Shown: piece by piece, positions 8,801-17,600 of the stretch
How positions within the stretch are numbered: the stretch's first letter is position 1
How the letters are laid out: each line of letters opens with the position of its first letter
DNA from: Candidatus Eiseniibacteriota bacterium
GTDB taxonomy: Bacteria > Eisenbacteria > RBG-16-71-46 > CAVPCR01
Length of the DNA: 64,000 bases
Reading direction: 5' to 3'
Assembly (NCBI GenBank): GCA_963702435.1
Contig: CAVPCR010000002.1
Span: forward strand, 128,001-192,000
The notes under the pieces: model-generated
Told to the model about the DNA's origin: nothing
Database searches by the model: none
What the model saw: the letters and a program-made list of their open reading frames with translations, nothing else
Translations under genes and position numbers: made by a program

Positions 8801-9139
8801 GACTCCGCACTTGGAGCGCTGCTCTGCGCGGCGGAGCTTGCTTCGCTGTCCGGCGCCGACCGGTCCCAGGCGGTACGCGCCGACCGGTCCCAGGCAGCGC
8901 GCGCGGCATGGCTCTTCGGCGCCGTCCAGACGGTGCTGGACGACCTCGGCGCCACTCTGGGAGACAGCCATCCTTATGGGCACGAGTATGCCGCCAGCAG
9001 GGAGCGGGCTCGCCGCTCCCTGGGCGACGGCGACTATGCCGCCGCGTTCGAGGAGGGGCGCGCCGCATCCAGCGAGGAGGCGATCGCCCGCGCACTCGCC
9101 GAACTGGAGACTCCTGCCGCCTCGAACCCCATGGGCTGA
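5873..9139 (+). CDS. Hanks-type Ser/Thr kinase fused to a STAND (NB-ARC-like) NTPase and TPR repeats
   Basis: Kinase: GRGGMGIVY, VALK, HRDLKPGN, DFG, GTWGYVSPE. NTPase: FIGR, Walker A GAGGSGKT, Walker B LVILDNCEH, TTSRE, GLPLAIELAA. C-terminal helical repeats (ARCLNSIG, AGAMNNMG). Confidence 0.92.
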   Translation: MTGDRRQRDRTPDAALLRLAHEVADGRRVDWTRHRTTDPALAAAIQGLETIAALAATMRREPAVGHPAPDGAPPRSEHELEPGQVLGRFRVESEAGRGGMGIVYRARDEVLDRAVALKLLPTRVARSPERLARFTREAKLLASLNHPNLATIHGMEENDAGLCYLVLEWVPGETLARRLEHGPLPLSSALDVCLQIAEALQAAHEGGVIHRDLKPGNVIVTPQGRAKVLDFGLARTVGEPPTGENTGPSDLRVAGTWGYVSPECFTGDDDHRADLFAFGCVLYECLAGIPAFPGASADEILIALLEREPDPARLPAGTPSEVRDLIAQCVVKDPNRRLASIAGAVHTLAIALGRDPLGPSPIAHAPTLPRPATSFIGRGREIEQCRTLLRTNRVLTLTGAGGSGKTRLAIALASAVADNYAGGITFTDLSSVQDGDRVVDALARSLGEREDAASPLLARISARLKAAGTLVILDNCEHVLTASAELVTALIATCPRLTVLTTSREPLRVHGEQVLTVTPLQVPGAGDLADPAALARCEAVSLFLDRARSADPEFSPDEATLRSVAEICRRVEGLPLAIELAAARRRVLSTAEIAARLDRQLLLLRDASAMPTDRHQAMHLTIEWSTQQLRPEEARVFRLLAVFTGGWDLESATQVCDERGDEFKVLDLISRLVDKSLVCVERRQGEPARYRFLEPLHQFALEALAASGEEPLARRRHLATFLALAERAEPELFRSEQSRWLARLDAEHENVLAALEECERAPGGAEAALRIVSSLHRFWSLRGHFRIGEAAIERALARVGPSTPEELHAEALLARGLLVLVLGRHTVAPDVPVDPDALRRMFAVPLEMFRRLGDRRGIARCLNSIGLEHIAHRDFAAGRSALEEACAHYRALGNTSGLAGAMNNMGLAAWRERDIDTARRLIGESHALLKGKGDLHFVAIMTINLAFLALRQGDRAEARSLLVDALRYVRDSRVKTDSALGALLCAAELASLSGADRSQAVRADRSQAARAAWLFGAVQTVLDDLGATLGDSHPYGHEYAASRERARRSLGDGDYAAAFEEGRAASSEEAIARALAELETPAASNPMG
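8854..8901 (+). repeat. In-frame 24-bp tandem duplication (ADRSQAVR/ADRSQAAR) in the kinase TPR region
   Basis: cgccgaccggtcccaggc occurs twice, 24 bp apart. Confidence 0.85.
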
Positions 9140-9201
9140 TCGCTCCATCACCGGCGCCTCTGACTGCCCGATCGACTGACGTCGTGTGCAGGCCCGCCCG
9201 C

Positions 9202-11646
9202 TCAATCGACCGGCGCGAAGCTTCGCACCAGAGCCGGCCCTCCGCTCAGGGTCGCGATCACGGCACCGCCGCGGTCGGTCCGCCATACCTCGGCTCCCGC
9301 CTCCGCCCAGCGCCCGAGCACGTCGGGCGCCGGATGCCCGAACCGGTTCCGCGCGCCGACGCTCACGATCGCGTGCGCGGGGTCGGTCGCCGCGATGAGC
9401 TCGGGGGTGCTCGAGGTCGAGCTACCATGGTGCGCGACCTTGACGAGGTCCACTGCAAGTTGCTGCCGGCTGCCGCAGAGAACGGATTCCCCCGGCGTCT
9501 CGATGTCCCCGGAGAAGAGCGCCCGCCTGCCTGCCGCCTCGAGAAGGACGACCAGCGAACCGTCGTTCTCATCGCCGCCGTAGTCGCGCGGCGGATGGAC
9601 CGCGACAAAGAGGAGCCCTGGGCGCCGGACGAGCGTGTCGCCGGCGGCGACCGGCCGGAGGTGCGGGCCGTTGCGACGCGCCGTGAGCGCAGCGAGCGCC
9701 GGCGGCGCGTGGTAGGGCGCGGGCCAGAAGATCTCCCGGATCGGCATCGCGCGGGCGAGGCCGGGGAGCCCTCCCACGTGATCGCGATCCCCGTGCGTCG
9801 CGATGAACGCGTCCACGCCACGCGCCCCCACCGCGGCGAGCGCCGGAGCGACGATGCCCGCGCCCGCGTCGAAGCCACCGGCCGGATAGTCGCCCGCGTC
9901 GACGACGATCACCGCGCTCGGCCGCCGCTTGAATCCGAGGCGGCCCGCCGGGCCCGGCGGACCATGCGCGATGATGAGCGCTGCATCGCCCTGGCCCACA
10001 TCGAGGAAGATGAGATCGACGCGCTCGGGTGGCCCGGGCGCGGCCGGTAGGCCGGCGATGATGACGACCGTCATCCCGAACGCGAGGACCGCGCCCGCGA
10101 TGCGGAGAGCGCGGCGCGTGGTGAGCGACGCGAGAAGGAGCGCAAGCACGAAGACCGCGATCGCGACCGGCCCCGGCGCCGGCATCGGCCAGGGCGCGCT
10201 CAGATGCCGCGCTCCGAGGCGGCTCATGGCGAGGAGCGCCTCGCCGAGGACCGCGCTCCCCGCGAGGCATCCGTCCCCGAACGGGCCGGGCACTCCGAGA
10301 AGCGCGAGCCCGAGGAGAAGCGCTGACACGAACACCCCGGAGAGCGGCACCGCGATCGGCCCGGTCACGACCCCCCACACGCTCACCGCATGGAAGGTCG
10401 TCGCGAGGATCGGCAGGCAACCGAGCTGTGCGGTGACCCCGGCCCACAAGGGGAGCCCGATCGTGCGCGCGAACCAGCCGCGGCCCGCGAGCCACGCCAG
10501 CGGATGCGCCCAGTCGAGCCGCGGGCCGAGGAGCGCCATGCCGGCGATCGCGGCGAAGGAGAGCTGGAACCCAGGGTCGCCGAGCCAGCGCGGTGCGGCG
10601 GCGAGGCCGAGGAGGGCCGCGAGCGCGAGCGAGCGCGCGGTCGCGAGCGAACGGCCCGCCGCGCGGGCGGCGAGCGCCGCGAGCCCCATCATCGCCGCGC
10701 GCACGACCGGCGCCTCGCCTCCGGTCGCGACGGCGTAGGCGACCATGAGGAACGCGAGCGCCGGGCCGCGCCGGCGCACGCGGGCGACGTGGAGGAGTGC
10801 TGCGCCGAGCCCGGCCACGAAGCCGACGTTGAGCCCCGACACGGCGATCAGGTGCGACCACCCGAGCACGCGGAAGGTCCCGTTCGTCTCCGGGTCGAGC
10901 GAGCCTCGCATGCCGAGCGACATGGCCTCGGCGAGCCCGGCGGTCTCCGGCCGGAGCCGCGCGGCGAGGGCCCGGTGGCCGCGCGCCCGCAGCTCGGCGA
11001 TGAGTGCGGCGAGCGCGAGATCCGGACGCGCGGCGGCCGGCGGGCGCCGGGCGAGACGCCGCGCCGCACCGGCTCGCGCCACCTCGATCCGGCCTGCAAT
11101 CCCGAGGCGCGCCGCGCGTGCGCGCGGATCGAAGCCGCCGGGGTTTCGCCTGGGGGGCGGGCGCACGAAGCGGCCGCGCACGAGCCACCACTCCCCCGGC
11201 TCTGGCGCTGCGGGCCCGGGGCAGCGGACGAGCGCGTGCCCTCCGGTCGCCACGATGCGCTCTGCCGCGCCAGGAGCAGCGAGCCGGCCGGCGAGCGCCA
11301 GTACGACCTCGGTGCCCTCCGGCGTCGGTGCCGGGATGCCGGTGACCCGACCGACCCAGAGCGCGTCCTCGGCCGAATCGGCGAGCGCATGGACCAGCGC
11401 GTCCGGCAGGACGGGCGGTCGCGCGCGCCACTCAAACCCCGCGGCGGCGAGCAGCGCGACGATGTGGAGAAGAAGTCGCAGCGCGACCCATCCGCCGCGC
11501 CGCGAGCGCGCGAGGAAGAGCGCGAGCGCGACCGCGCCGGCTGTCGCCGCGAGAAGCTCGGGCCCGCTCCGCCGCGCGACGAACGCCGCGAGGAGCAGTG
11601 CGCCGGCGAGACTCACCAGCACCCGATAGAGCGCGAACCGGACCAT
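9202..11646 (-). CDS. comEC: DNA-uptake competence protein ComEC/Rec2
   Basis: RNPGGFD, HLIAVSGLNV, RAAMM, DPGFQLSF; C-terminal MBL domain FLDVGQGDA, THGDRDHVGG, NDGSLV, GDIE, KVAHHGS, NRFGHP. Confidence 0.93.
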   Translation of the reverse strand: MVRFALYRVLVSLAGALLLAAFVARRSGPELLAATAGAVALALFLARSRRGGWVALRLLLHIVALLAAAGFEWRARPPVLPDALVHALADSAEDALWVGRVTGIPAPTPEGTEVVLALAGRLAAPGAAERIVATGGHALVRCPGPAAPEPGEWWLVRGRFVRPPPRRNPGGFDPRARAARLGIAGRIEVARAGAARRLARRPPAAARPDLALAALIAELRARGHRALAARLRPETAGLAEAMSLGMRGSLDPETNGTFRVLGWSHLIAVSGLNVGFVAGLGAALLHVARVRRRGPALAFLMVAYAVATGGEAPVVRAAMMGLAALAARAAGRSLATARSLALAALLGLAAAPRWLGDPGFQLSFAAIAGMALLGPRLDWAHPLAWLAGRGWFARTIGLPLWAGVTAQLGCLPILATTFHAVSVWGVVTGPIAVPLSGVFVSALLLGLALLGVPGPFGDGCLAGSAVLGEALLAMSRLGARHLSAPWPMPAPGPVAIAVFVLALLLASLTTRRALRIAGAVLAFGMTVVIIAGLPAAPGPPERVDLIFLDVGQGDAALIIAHGPPGPAGRLGFKRRPSAVIVVDAGDYPAGGFDAGAGIVAPALAAVGARGVDAFIATHGDRDHVGGLPGLARAMPIREIFWPAPYHAPPALAALTARRNGPHLRPVAAGDTLVRRPGLLFVAVHPPRDYGGDENDGSLVVLLEAAGRRALFSGDIETPGESVLCGSRQQLAVDLVKVAHHGSSTSSTPELIAATDPAHAIVSVGARNRFGHPAPDVLGRWAEAGAEVWRTDRGGAVIATLSGGPALVRSFAPVD

Positions 11647-11845
11647 GCCGGCGGGTGGAGCAAGATGAGGACCATCGCTGATTGCGCTCGCCGGGCGCTC
11701 ACGCGCGCGCCGTTCAATGCAGGTGTCAACGGCGATGGCGATGTCGTGAACATCGTGGCATGCGGCGAGCGGGTTCCTGATATGTCCTGCTTTCTACTCC
11801 CCTGTCCGCACACCGGCCTTGCTCCCTGGTGACGGAAACACGCGC

Positions 11846-11875
11846 TTGACGGACGGTTTCATGAACGTGCACCAT
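11846..11875 (+). promoter_or_regulatory. Putative TA promoter TTGACG-N18-CACCAT with the palindrome TTCATGAA in the spacer (candidate operator)
   Basis: Read directly upstream of the antitoxin; palindrome at 11858-11865. Confidence 0.4.
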
Positions 11876-11923
11876 TGACTGAGTCTTCTTGTATCGCCTG
11901 GCAGTGGGCTTTGGAGCTGAGAC

Positions 11924-12163
11924 ATGAAGTGGCAGGAGTACATTACGGTGGATCCCCAAGTTTGCCATGGCAAGGCATGCTTCAAAGGCACCCGGGTTCT
12001 GGTATCGGTGGTGCTTGATGATCTCGCCGCCGGGCAGGCCATCGACGAGATCCTACCCAGCTATCCCGCTCTCAGCCGCGAGGCTGTCCAGGCAGCCATC
12101 GCCTACGCGGCAGCTCTGGCCAGTGAGCGCGTCTTTTCGCTGCCGAGCGATGACGCTGCATGA
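11924..12163 (+). CDS. DUF433-family antitoxin (VapB45-like)
   Basis: ITVDPQVCHGKACFKGTRVLVSVVLDDLAAG..IDEILPSYPALSREAVQAAIAYA; GGAG RBS. Confidence 0.9.
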   Translation: MKWQEYITVDPQVCHGKACFKGTRVLVSVVLDDLAAGQAIDEILPSYPALSREAVQAAIAYAAALASERVFSLPSDDAA

Positions 12164-12513
12164 AATTCAAAACAGATGAGAATCTCCCGACCGATTTCGC
12201 CCAGCTTCTGATCGAGCACGGGCACGATGCACTGAGCGTCGCCGACCAGGGCCTCGGGGGCATCTCTGACTCGCAACTGATCGCCGTCTGCAAGAGCGAG
12301 GGACGTATACTCATCACTCTTGACCTTGGCTTTGCCGACATCCGGTCCTATCCGCCCCCCGAGTCTCCCGGCCTGATTGTTCTGCGGCTGCCAGTCTCCG
12401 ACAAGCGCACCGTTCTTCGTGCGGGGCGTCGTCTCCTCACGTTTCTGGAGATCGAGCCCCCCGCTCGTCGTCTTTGGATCGTCGATCAGCGACGCATCCG
12501 AGTTCGCGAGTGA
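12160..12513 (+). CDS. DUF5615 / PIN-like toxin (VapC45-like)
   Basis: MKFKTDENLP..GHDA.SV..G.SD..EGRILITLDLGF..GLIVLR; ATGA overlap with the antitoxin. Confidence 0.88.
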   Translation: MKFKTDENLPTDFAQLLIEHGHDALSVADQGLGGISDSQLIAVCKSEGRILITLDLGFADIRSYPPPESPGLIVLRLPVSDKRTVLRAGRRLLTFLEIEPPARRLWIVDQRRIRVRE

Positions 12514-12598
12514 GAGAGCCATCACGGCGCTTGCCGTGGTGGACCGCGCTGCAGGCCCGGTGGCCATCCCGGGCGCGGGCGGTGTACGATCCAGCCAC

Positions 12599-14080
12599 AT
12601 GGCACCGCCCCGGATGTTCCTCCATCCTCTCGCCGCGCTTCCCTTCGTGCCCGGCCTCGCGGCCCACGCCGCGCGCGAGCGGTACCCGGTGTGGCTCGAC
12701 GGGGACGGCGGGCTCACCCAGCGCGGCGGCGCGAGCTTCCTCACATGGAACCCGCATCGGGTGCTCCGCGCCCATGGCGATCGCCTGATCGATGAGCGCT
12801 GGGATCCGGGCCGCGGCCCCGTCGAGTCGCGAAGCGCGACCGGGGATCCGCTCGCGGCCCTTGCGAACGCGCTCGCCGAGGAAAGCGTGGAGCCGGGGAC
12901 GCCACCGGTCCAGTGGGCCTCGGGCGCCGTGCTCGCCCTCGGGTTCGAGCTGGCCGACTGGATCGAGCGACTGCCGCAGCTCGCCCGCGACCATGGCCCG
13001 CACAGCCAGGCGCCTGACCTCGTCGCCGCGTTCTACGACTCGGTCCTCGGGCTCGATGAGACGCGGGGTCGCGCCTGGATCGCTGGCCGCCTCTCGCCGG
13101 GGCGGCCCGTCTCGGGGGTGCTCTCGACTCTCGGTGGGACCGAGCAAGGCGATCTCGAGCGGGCCGTGGGCACGCTGGTGGCGACGGCGCTGCCCGCGCT
13201 TCCCGCGGCGCCGCCTCAAATCGAGCGCGTCGAGATGGGCGAGCCGCCGGCCGACTACGTCGCGGCGATCGCCCGCATCCACGAGCACCTCATAGCCGGC
13301 GACATCTATCAGGTGAACTACTCGCGCGCTCTCCGCGCGTCGTGGCCGGCCGCGCCGCTCGCCCTCTACCTCGCCCACCGCCGCCGCGGCCGCGTTCCGT
13401 TCGGCGCCTTCCTCGATCTCGGCGCGTCGGCGATCGCCTGCTTCTCGCCCGAGCGCTTCCTCGCCCGCCGCGGCGACCATCTCTCGACCTGCCCGATCAA
13501 GGGCACGCGGCCGCGCCGGGCCGACCCGGCCCGAGACCGCGCCGAGCGCGCGGCGCTGGAAGCGAGCGCCAAGGACCTGGCCGAGCACGTCATGATCGTG
13601 GATCTCGAGCGAAACGACCTCGGCCGGGTGGCGCGGCCGGGTTCGGTGCGCGTCGATCCGCTCTTCGCGATCGAGAGCTTTCCGGCCGTGCACCACATGG
13701 TGTCGACCGTGCACGCGATCGCGCGCCCCGGCACGGGCCCGGTCGACCTCCTCCGCGCCACCTTTCCCGGCGGCTCGATCACCGGAGCGCCCAAGATCCG
13801 CGCGATCGAGATCCTGCGCGCGCTCGAGGGCGAGCCGCGCCGGATCTACACGGGTGCCCTCGGCTACTGGGACGCGGGCGGCGATCTCGATCTCGCGATC
13901 CCGATCCGCACGGCGCTCTTGAGCGGCGGCGCGGTCGAGTACCGGGTCGGCGGTGGGATCGTCATCGACTCGACCGCCGCCGGCGAGTATCAGGAAACCT
14001 GCGACAAGGCGCGGAATTTTGCGGAGATCCTGCCGGGCGCGCCCGCGCTCGCGGGAACCGGACCGGAGGACGAGCGATGA
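12599..14080 (+). CDS. pabB: Aminodeoxychorismate synthase component I
   Basis: GDIYQVN, SPERF, PIKGT (PabB-type rather than TrpE PIAGT), AEHVMIVDLERNDLG, FPGGSITGAPKIRA, YTGALG, GGGIV.DS. Confidence 0.88.
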   Translation: MAPPRMFLHPLAALPFVPGLAAHAARERYPVWLDGDGGLTQRGGASFLTWNPHRVLRAHGDRLIDERWDPGRGPVESRSATGDPLAALANALAEESVEPGTPPVQWASGAVLALGFELADWIERLPQLARDHGPHSQAPDLVAAFYDSVLGLDETRGRAWIAGRLSPGRPVSGVLSTLGGTEQGDLERAVGTLVATALPALPAAPPQIERVEMGEPPADYVAAIARIHEHLIAGDIYQVNYSRALRASWPAAPLALYLAHRRRGRVPFGAFLDLGASAIACFSPERFLARRGDHLSTCPIKGTRPRRADPARDRAERAALEASAKDLAEHVMIVDLERNDLGRVARPGSVRVDPLFAIESFPAVHHMVSTVHAIARPGTGPVDLLRATFPGGSITGAPKIRAIEILRALEGEPRRIYTGALGYWDAGGDLDLAIPIRTALLSGGAVEYRVGGGIVIDSTAAGEYQETCDKARNFAEILPGAPALAGTGPEDER

Positions 14081-14982
14081 CCCGAGGACCCGCACCGGCC
14101 AGCACCCGCAGCACCCCGGTCTGGTTCTGGAACGGCCGCCTCGTCGCCGAGCCGGAGGTCGCCTTGAGCCCCCGCGACCGCGGCTTCCGCTACGGAGACG
14201 GTCTCTACGAGACGCTCCGCGTCCACCGCGGCCGCCTGATCCGCCTCGCCGAGCACCTCGCCCGGATGGCCCAGGGCCTCACCCTCCTCGAGCTCGACCT
14301 CGATCCCACGGCCGCCTTCCCGGCGGCGGACCTGGCCGCGCTCGTGGCCGAGAACGGCCTCTCCGCCGGCGAGGGCCGCCTCCGCCTGGTCGTGACCCGC
14401 GGCAGCGACCGCGGAACGGCCCGCCCTCCGGCCGTCCCCGAGCCCACCCGGCTTGCGAGCGTCGAGCCCCTCCCTCCGGGCGCCCCCGCCTCCGATCCCC
14501 GGCCCATCCGCCTCGCCACGGTGGTCGCGGCGGCGCCCCGACCGGCTGCCTGGGCCGGCTTGAAATCCCTGAACCACCTCGCGTACGTTCTCGCGGCCGC
14601 GGAGGCAGCCCGGTCCGGAGCGGACGAGGCGCTCCTGGTGTATGACGGCAGAGTGAAGGAGACGACGGCGGCCAACGTCTTCCTGGTCCGCGCCGGCGCG
14701 ATCGCCACCCCGCCCCTCGCCGAGGGCATCCTGGCCGGGGTGACCCGCGACTGGGTGATCGCCCTGGCGCGGGAGTGCGGCCTCGCCGTCGAGGAGCGCC
14801 CGATCGCGAGCGCCGAGGTGGCGGAGGCCGAGGAGATCTTCATGAGCGGCTCGGTGTCCGGACTCCGCGCCGCCAGCGCGGTGGACGGGCGACCGGTCGG
14901 AGCCCGGGTGCCCGGGCCGCTCACCGAGCGACTTCGCGCCGCCTATGCCGCGGCCCTCGCCGCCGAGGCCGCCGCGTCCTGA
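14077..14982 (+). CDS. pabC: Class IV aminotransferase, probable 4-amino-4-deoxychorismate lyase
   Basis: DRGFRYGDGLYET, HLAR, KSLNHL, E.TAANVF, GILAGVTR. ATGA-coupled to pabB. Confidence 0.75.
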   Translation: MTRGPAPASTRSTPVWFWNGRLVAEPEVALSPRDRGFRYGDGLYETLRVHRGRLIRLAEHLARMAQGLTLLELDLDPTAAFPAADLAALVAENGLSAGEGRLRLVVTRGSDRGTARPPAVPEPTRLASVEPLPPGAPASDPRPIRLATVVAAAPRPAAWAGLKSLNHLAYVLAAAEAARSGADEALLVYDGRVKETTAANVFLVRAGAIATPPLAEGILAGVTRDWVIALARECGLAVEERPIASAEVAEAEEIFMSGSVSGLRAASAVDGRPVGARVPGPLTERLRAAYAAALAAEAAAS

Positions 14983-15047
14983 TCGCCGCCGCGCGCGGAA
15001 GCACCCGCAACCAGAGATGGATCGAAGGCACTGGAGGAGACCCGCGG

Positions 15048-15563
15048 ATGAACGCCAGTAATTGCTTGAAGACGCCGTTTTTCACGCGGGGCGCGCTCAT
15101 CGCGGCCGGCCTCGCCGCCTTTCTCACCGCCTTCCTCGCGGCGTCCGGCTGCGATGATGACGGCGGCCCCAACGTCTCCGAGAGCTTCCGCGTCGTCCTC
15201 GTCGAGCCGCCGGCGGGCGCAACGGGCATCCCCTGCCCGGACACGGTCTTCGTCACCTTCAACGCGCCGATCGACACGACCGCGATCTACGACGACGAGG
15301 CGCCGCGCTTCTTCCTCGCCACCATCCAGCCGGGAGCCGCCCTCGCCGCGGCCGAGGTCGCCCTCTCCAATCCGGAGACCACCGCCGGAGGCGATCCCAT
15401 CCCGGGCACCGAACGCACGCTCATCCTGCCCTTCACCTTCCTTCCCAACACGAACTACACCTTCAACTTCCTCCTCGCCCGCGGCAAGAACGGCGAAGAG
15501 CTCGAGACGAGCGCCCAGACCTCGTTCCGCACCGCGGGCTCGGGGCAGCAAGGCTGCCCGTAG
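15048..15563 (+). CDS. Lipoprotein with an Ig-like (Big_5-like) domain
   Basis: GGAGGAG RBS; hydrophobic stretch then lipobox LAASGC; VVLVEPPAGATGIP..VFVTFNAPID..TLILP..PNTNYT..SFRT. Confidence 0.7.
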   Translation: MNASNCLKTPFFTRGALIAAGLAAFLTAFLAASGCDDDGGPNVSESFRVVLVEPPAGATGIPCPDTVFVTFNAPIDTTAIYDDEAPRFFLATIQPGAALAAAEVALSNPETTAGGDPIPGTERTLILPFTFLPNTNYTFNFLLARGKNGEELETSAQTSFRTAGSGQQGCP

Positions 15564-15574
15564 GCCGGCCCGCC

Positions 15575-17473
15575 GTGCGGCCCCTCCGCGCCGGACTCGC
15601 GTCTACCGTCCTCGCCGTCGTCGTTCTCGGCGCGCTCGTCGCCCTGGGCACGCTCATCCGCCTCGAACCGGTGCGTCGCGCGGGCGGCGTCGAGTTCGAC
15701 TTCGACCCCGCCTTCCACTTCCGCATGGTGGCGACCGTGCTCGCGACGGGGCACGTGCCGCCGGTGGACCGGCTCGGCCTCGCCCCGGAAGGAAAACCGA
15801 TCCCGACCGTGCTCCCCACGCTCCTCTACCCGGCCGTCGCCGGGTGGCACCGGATTCTCGCGCGCGGCGGTCTCACGCCGGCGCTCGAGTGGTCCGCCGT
15901 CCTCTTCGTGAGCCTCGCCGGCGCCCTGATCGGAGTGCCGCTCTACCTCGCAGCCCGCGGCCTCGGGCTCGGGCGCGGGCCCGCTCTCCTCGGCGCCGCC
16001 TTCGCCGTCCTCTCCCCGGCCCACATCCATCGCACGGCGGGCCCGTGGCTCCGCTACGACGCGCTCGGCGCGCTCCTCGTCCTCGGCCACATCGCCGCCC
16101 TTGCCGTCGCGGTCGCGGCGGCGATGCGGCACGGGCGATCGCTCGCCGCGTTCGCCGCGCTCGTCGCGGCGCTCCTCTTCGGCGCCGCGGTCGCGGCCTG
16201 GCGCGTGCCGCTCCTTCTCGTCCCGCTCGAGTCGGCCGCCCTCCTCGGCCTCCTCGCCGCCGGGCGGCTCAGAGCGCTCCACTTCCGCGCGGTCGCCCCC
16301 GGGCTCGTCCTCGCCCTCGCCCTCGCCCTCATCGTCCCCTACCTCCGCGCTTCGGGATTCCTCTGGAGCCGGAGCGGGGTCTTCACTCTCGCCACGCTCG
16401 GCGCCGCGGTCCTCGTCCTCGCGACGGGCCTCGGCTCCGGCGCCGGCCCGCGCCGCGGCGACCCGCGCATCACCCGCGGCGCGCTCGTTCTCGCCGTCCT
16501 CGCCGTCACGCTCCTCGCCGCCGCCCCCTCCGCCTACGACAGCGTGAGCGGCGCGGTGGCCCGGCGGCTCGGCCTCGGCGGCGCGGACATCGGCTCGACA
16601 CTCCTCGCCACCAACTCCGAGATGGCGAGCCCGCGCCTTCGCCACCTCGTCGATGCCGACTACTTCTCGGCCGTCTTGCCCCTGGCGCTGATTTATGCGG
16701 TGTTACGCAGTTTTCCGCGGAAGGCCCCGCTCCTCGGAGCCGCGGCCGCGGCGGCCCGGCCCGGGCTTCTCGTCTGGCACGCGGCGTCCGCCGTCTTCCT
16801 CGTGCTCACGCTCTTCTTCGCGCGCAACAAGGTGATCGCCGGGCCGCTCCTCGCGCTTTACCCGGCGCTCCTCGCCGACCAGGCTTTCCGCCCGCGCCCC
16901 GGCGGCACCGCCCGCCGCCTCCTGGCCGCCTTGCTCGTCGGAGCCGGGCTCCTCTGGTGCGCGTACGACGCGCACCGGCTGGTGCGGGTGCTCCCCGCCC
17001 GCCCGGATGCGGAGATGCGCGCCGCGCTCTCCTGGCTCCGCTCCGCCGCGCGCCCCGGCGATATCGTCCTCGGCGACTGGGGACCCGGCTACGCGATCCA
17101 GCTCGCGACGGGCCTCCCCACCGTGACCGACGGCCTCCTCGAGCTCCCTGCCATGCGCGAGCGGATCGCTGCCTTCGGCGCCGCGCTCTACGCCGAGGAC
17201 GAGAACGAGCTCCTCGCCCTCGCGCGCCGGCATCGCGCGCGCTTCCTGTGGATCCCGGCCGCCAAGCGGCAGATCCATGCCGCGTACGCCGGCCGCCGCT
17301 ACGCGGACTACTTCAGCGCCGCGGGTCCCACCGCGCGCGGCGCGCGCACGACCTACGCCCGGCTCCTCGACCGCCCCGAGGAGATCGCCGGGCTCACCTT
17401 GCGCTACCGCGCCGGCCCGCATCTCCTCTTCGAGGTGACGGCACCGCCCGGCGCCGCCGGTTCGATTCGATGA
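15575..17473 (+). CDS. STT3/AglB/PglB-like GT-C membrane glycosyltransferase with a divergent WWDYG motif
   Basis: DFDPAFHFRM (like DPYYHLR), HRTAGPWLRYD, TNSE, many TM helices, then ALSWLR..DIVLGDWGPGYAI..TVTDG (like ALxWLR..SWWDYGYWI..TxxD). Confidence 0.7.
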   Translation: MRPLRAGLASTVLAVVVLGALVALGTLIRLEPVRRAGGVEFDFDPAFHFRMVATVLATGHVPPVDRLGLAPEGKPIPTVLPTLLYPAVAGWHRILARGGLTPALEWSAVLFVSLAGALIGVPLYLAARGLGLGRGPALLGAAFAVLSPAHIHRTAGPWLRYDALGALLVLGHIAALAVAVAAAMRHGRSLAAFAALVAALLFGAAVAAWRVPLLLVPLESAALLGLLAAGRLRALHFRAVAPGLVLALALALIVPYLRASGFLWSRSGVFTLATLGAAVLVLATGLGSGAGPRRGDPRITRGALVLAVLAVTLLAAAPSAYDSVSGAVARRLGLGGADIGSTLLATNSEMASPRLRHLVDADYFSAVLPLALIYAVLRSFPRKAPLLGAAAAAARPGLLVWHAASAVFLVLTLFFARNKVIAGPLLALYPALLADQAFRPRPGGTARRLLAALLVGAGLLWCAYDAHRLVRVLPARPDAEMRAALSWLRSAARPGDIVLGDWGPGYAIQLATGLPTVTDGLLELPAMRERIAAFGAALYAEDENELLALARRHRARFLWIPAAKRQIHAAYAGRRYADYFSAAGPTARGARTTYARLLDRPEEIAGLTLRYRAGPHLLFEVTAPPGAAGSIR

Positions 17474-17600
17474 CGCAATCATTGTGCAATGCACGCGTAC
17501 ACCCGCGCGGCGTCCGGCTCGTCCGCGCTCTCACCGCCCTCCTCCTCGCCGGCGGCGGCGCCGCGCCGCCGGTCCGATCGGTCGCGTCGCCGGCGGCCGC

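Noticed and set aside
3501..9201. Mobile element boundaries around the sigma/kinase module
   Set aside because: I found no transposase, integrase, terminal inverted repeats or direct repeats. The module is called accessory on gene content only.
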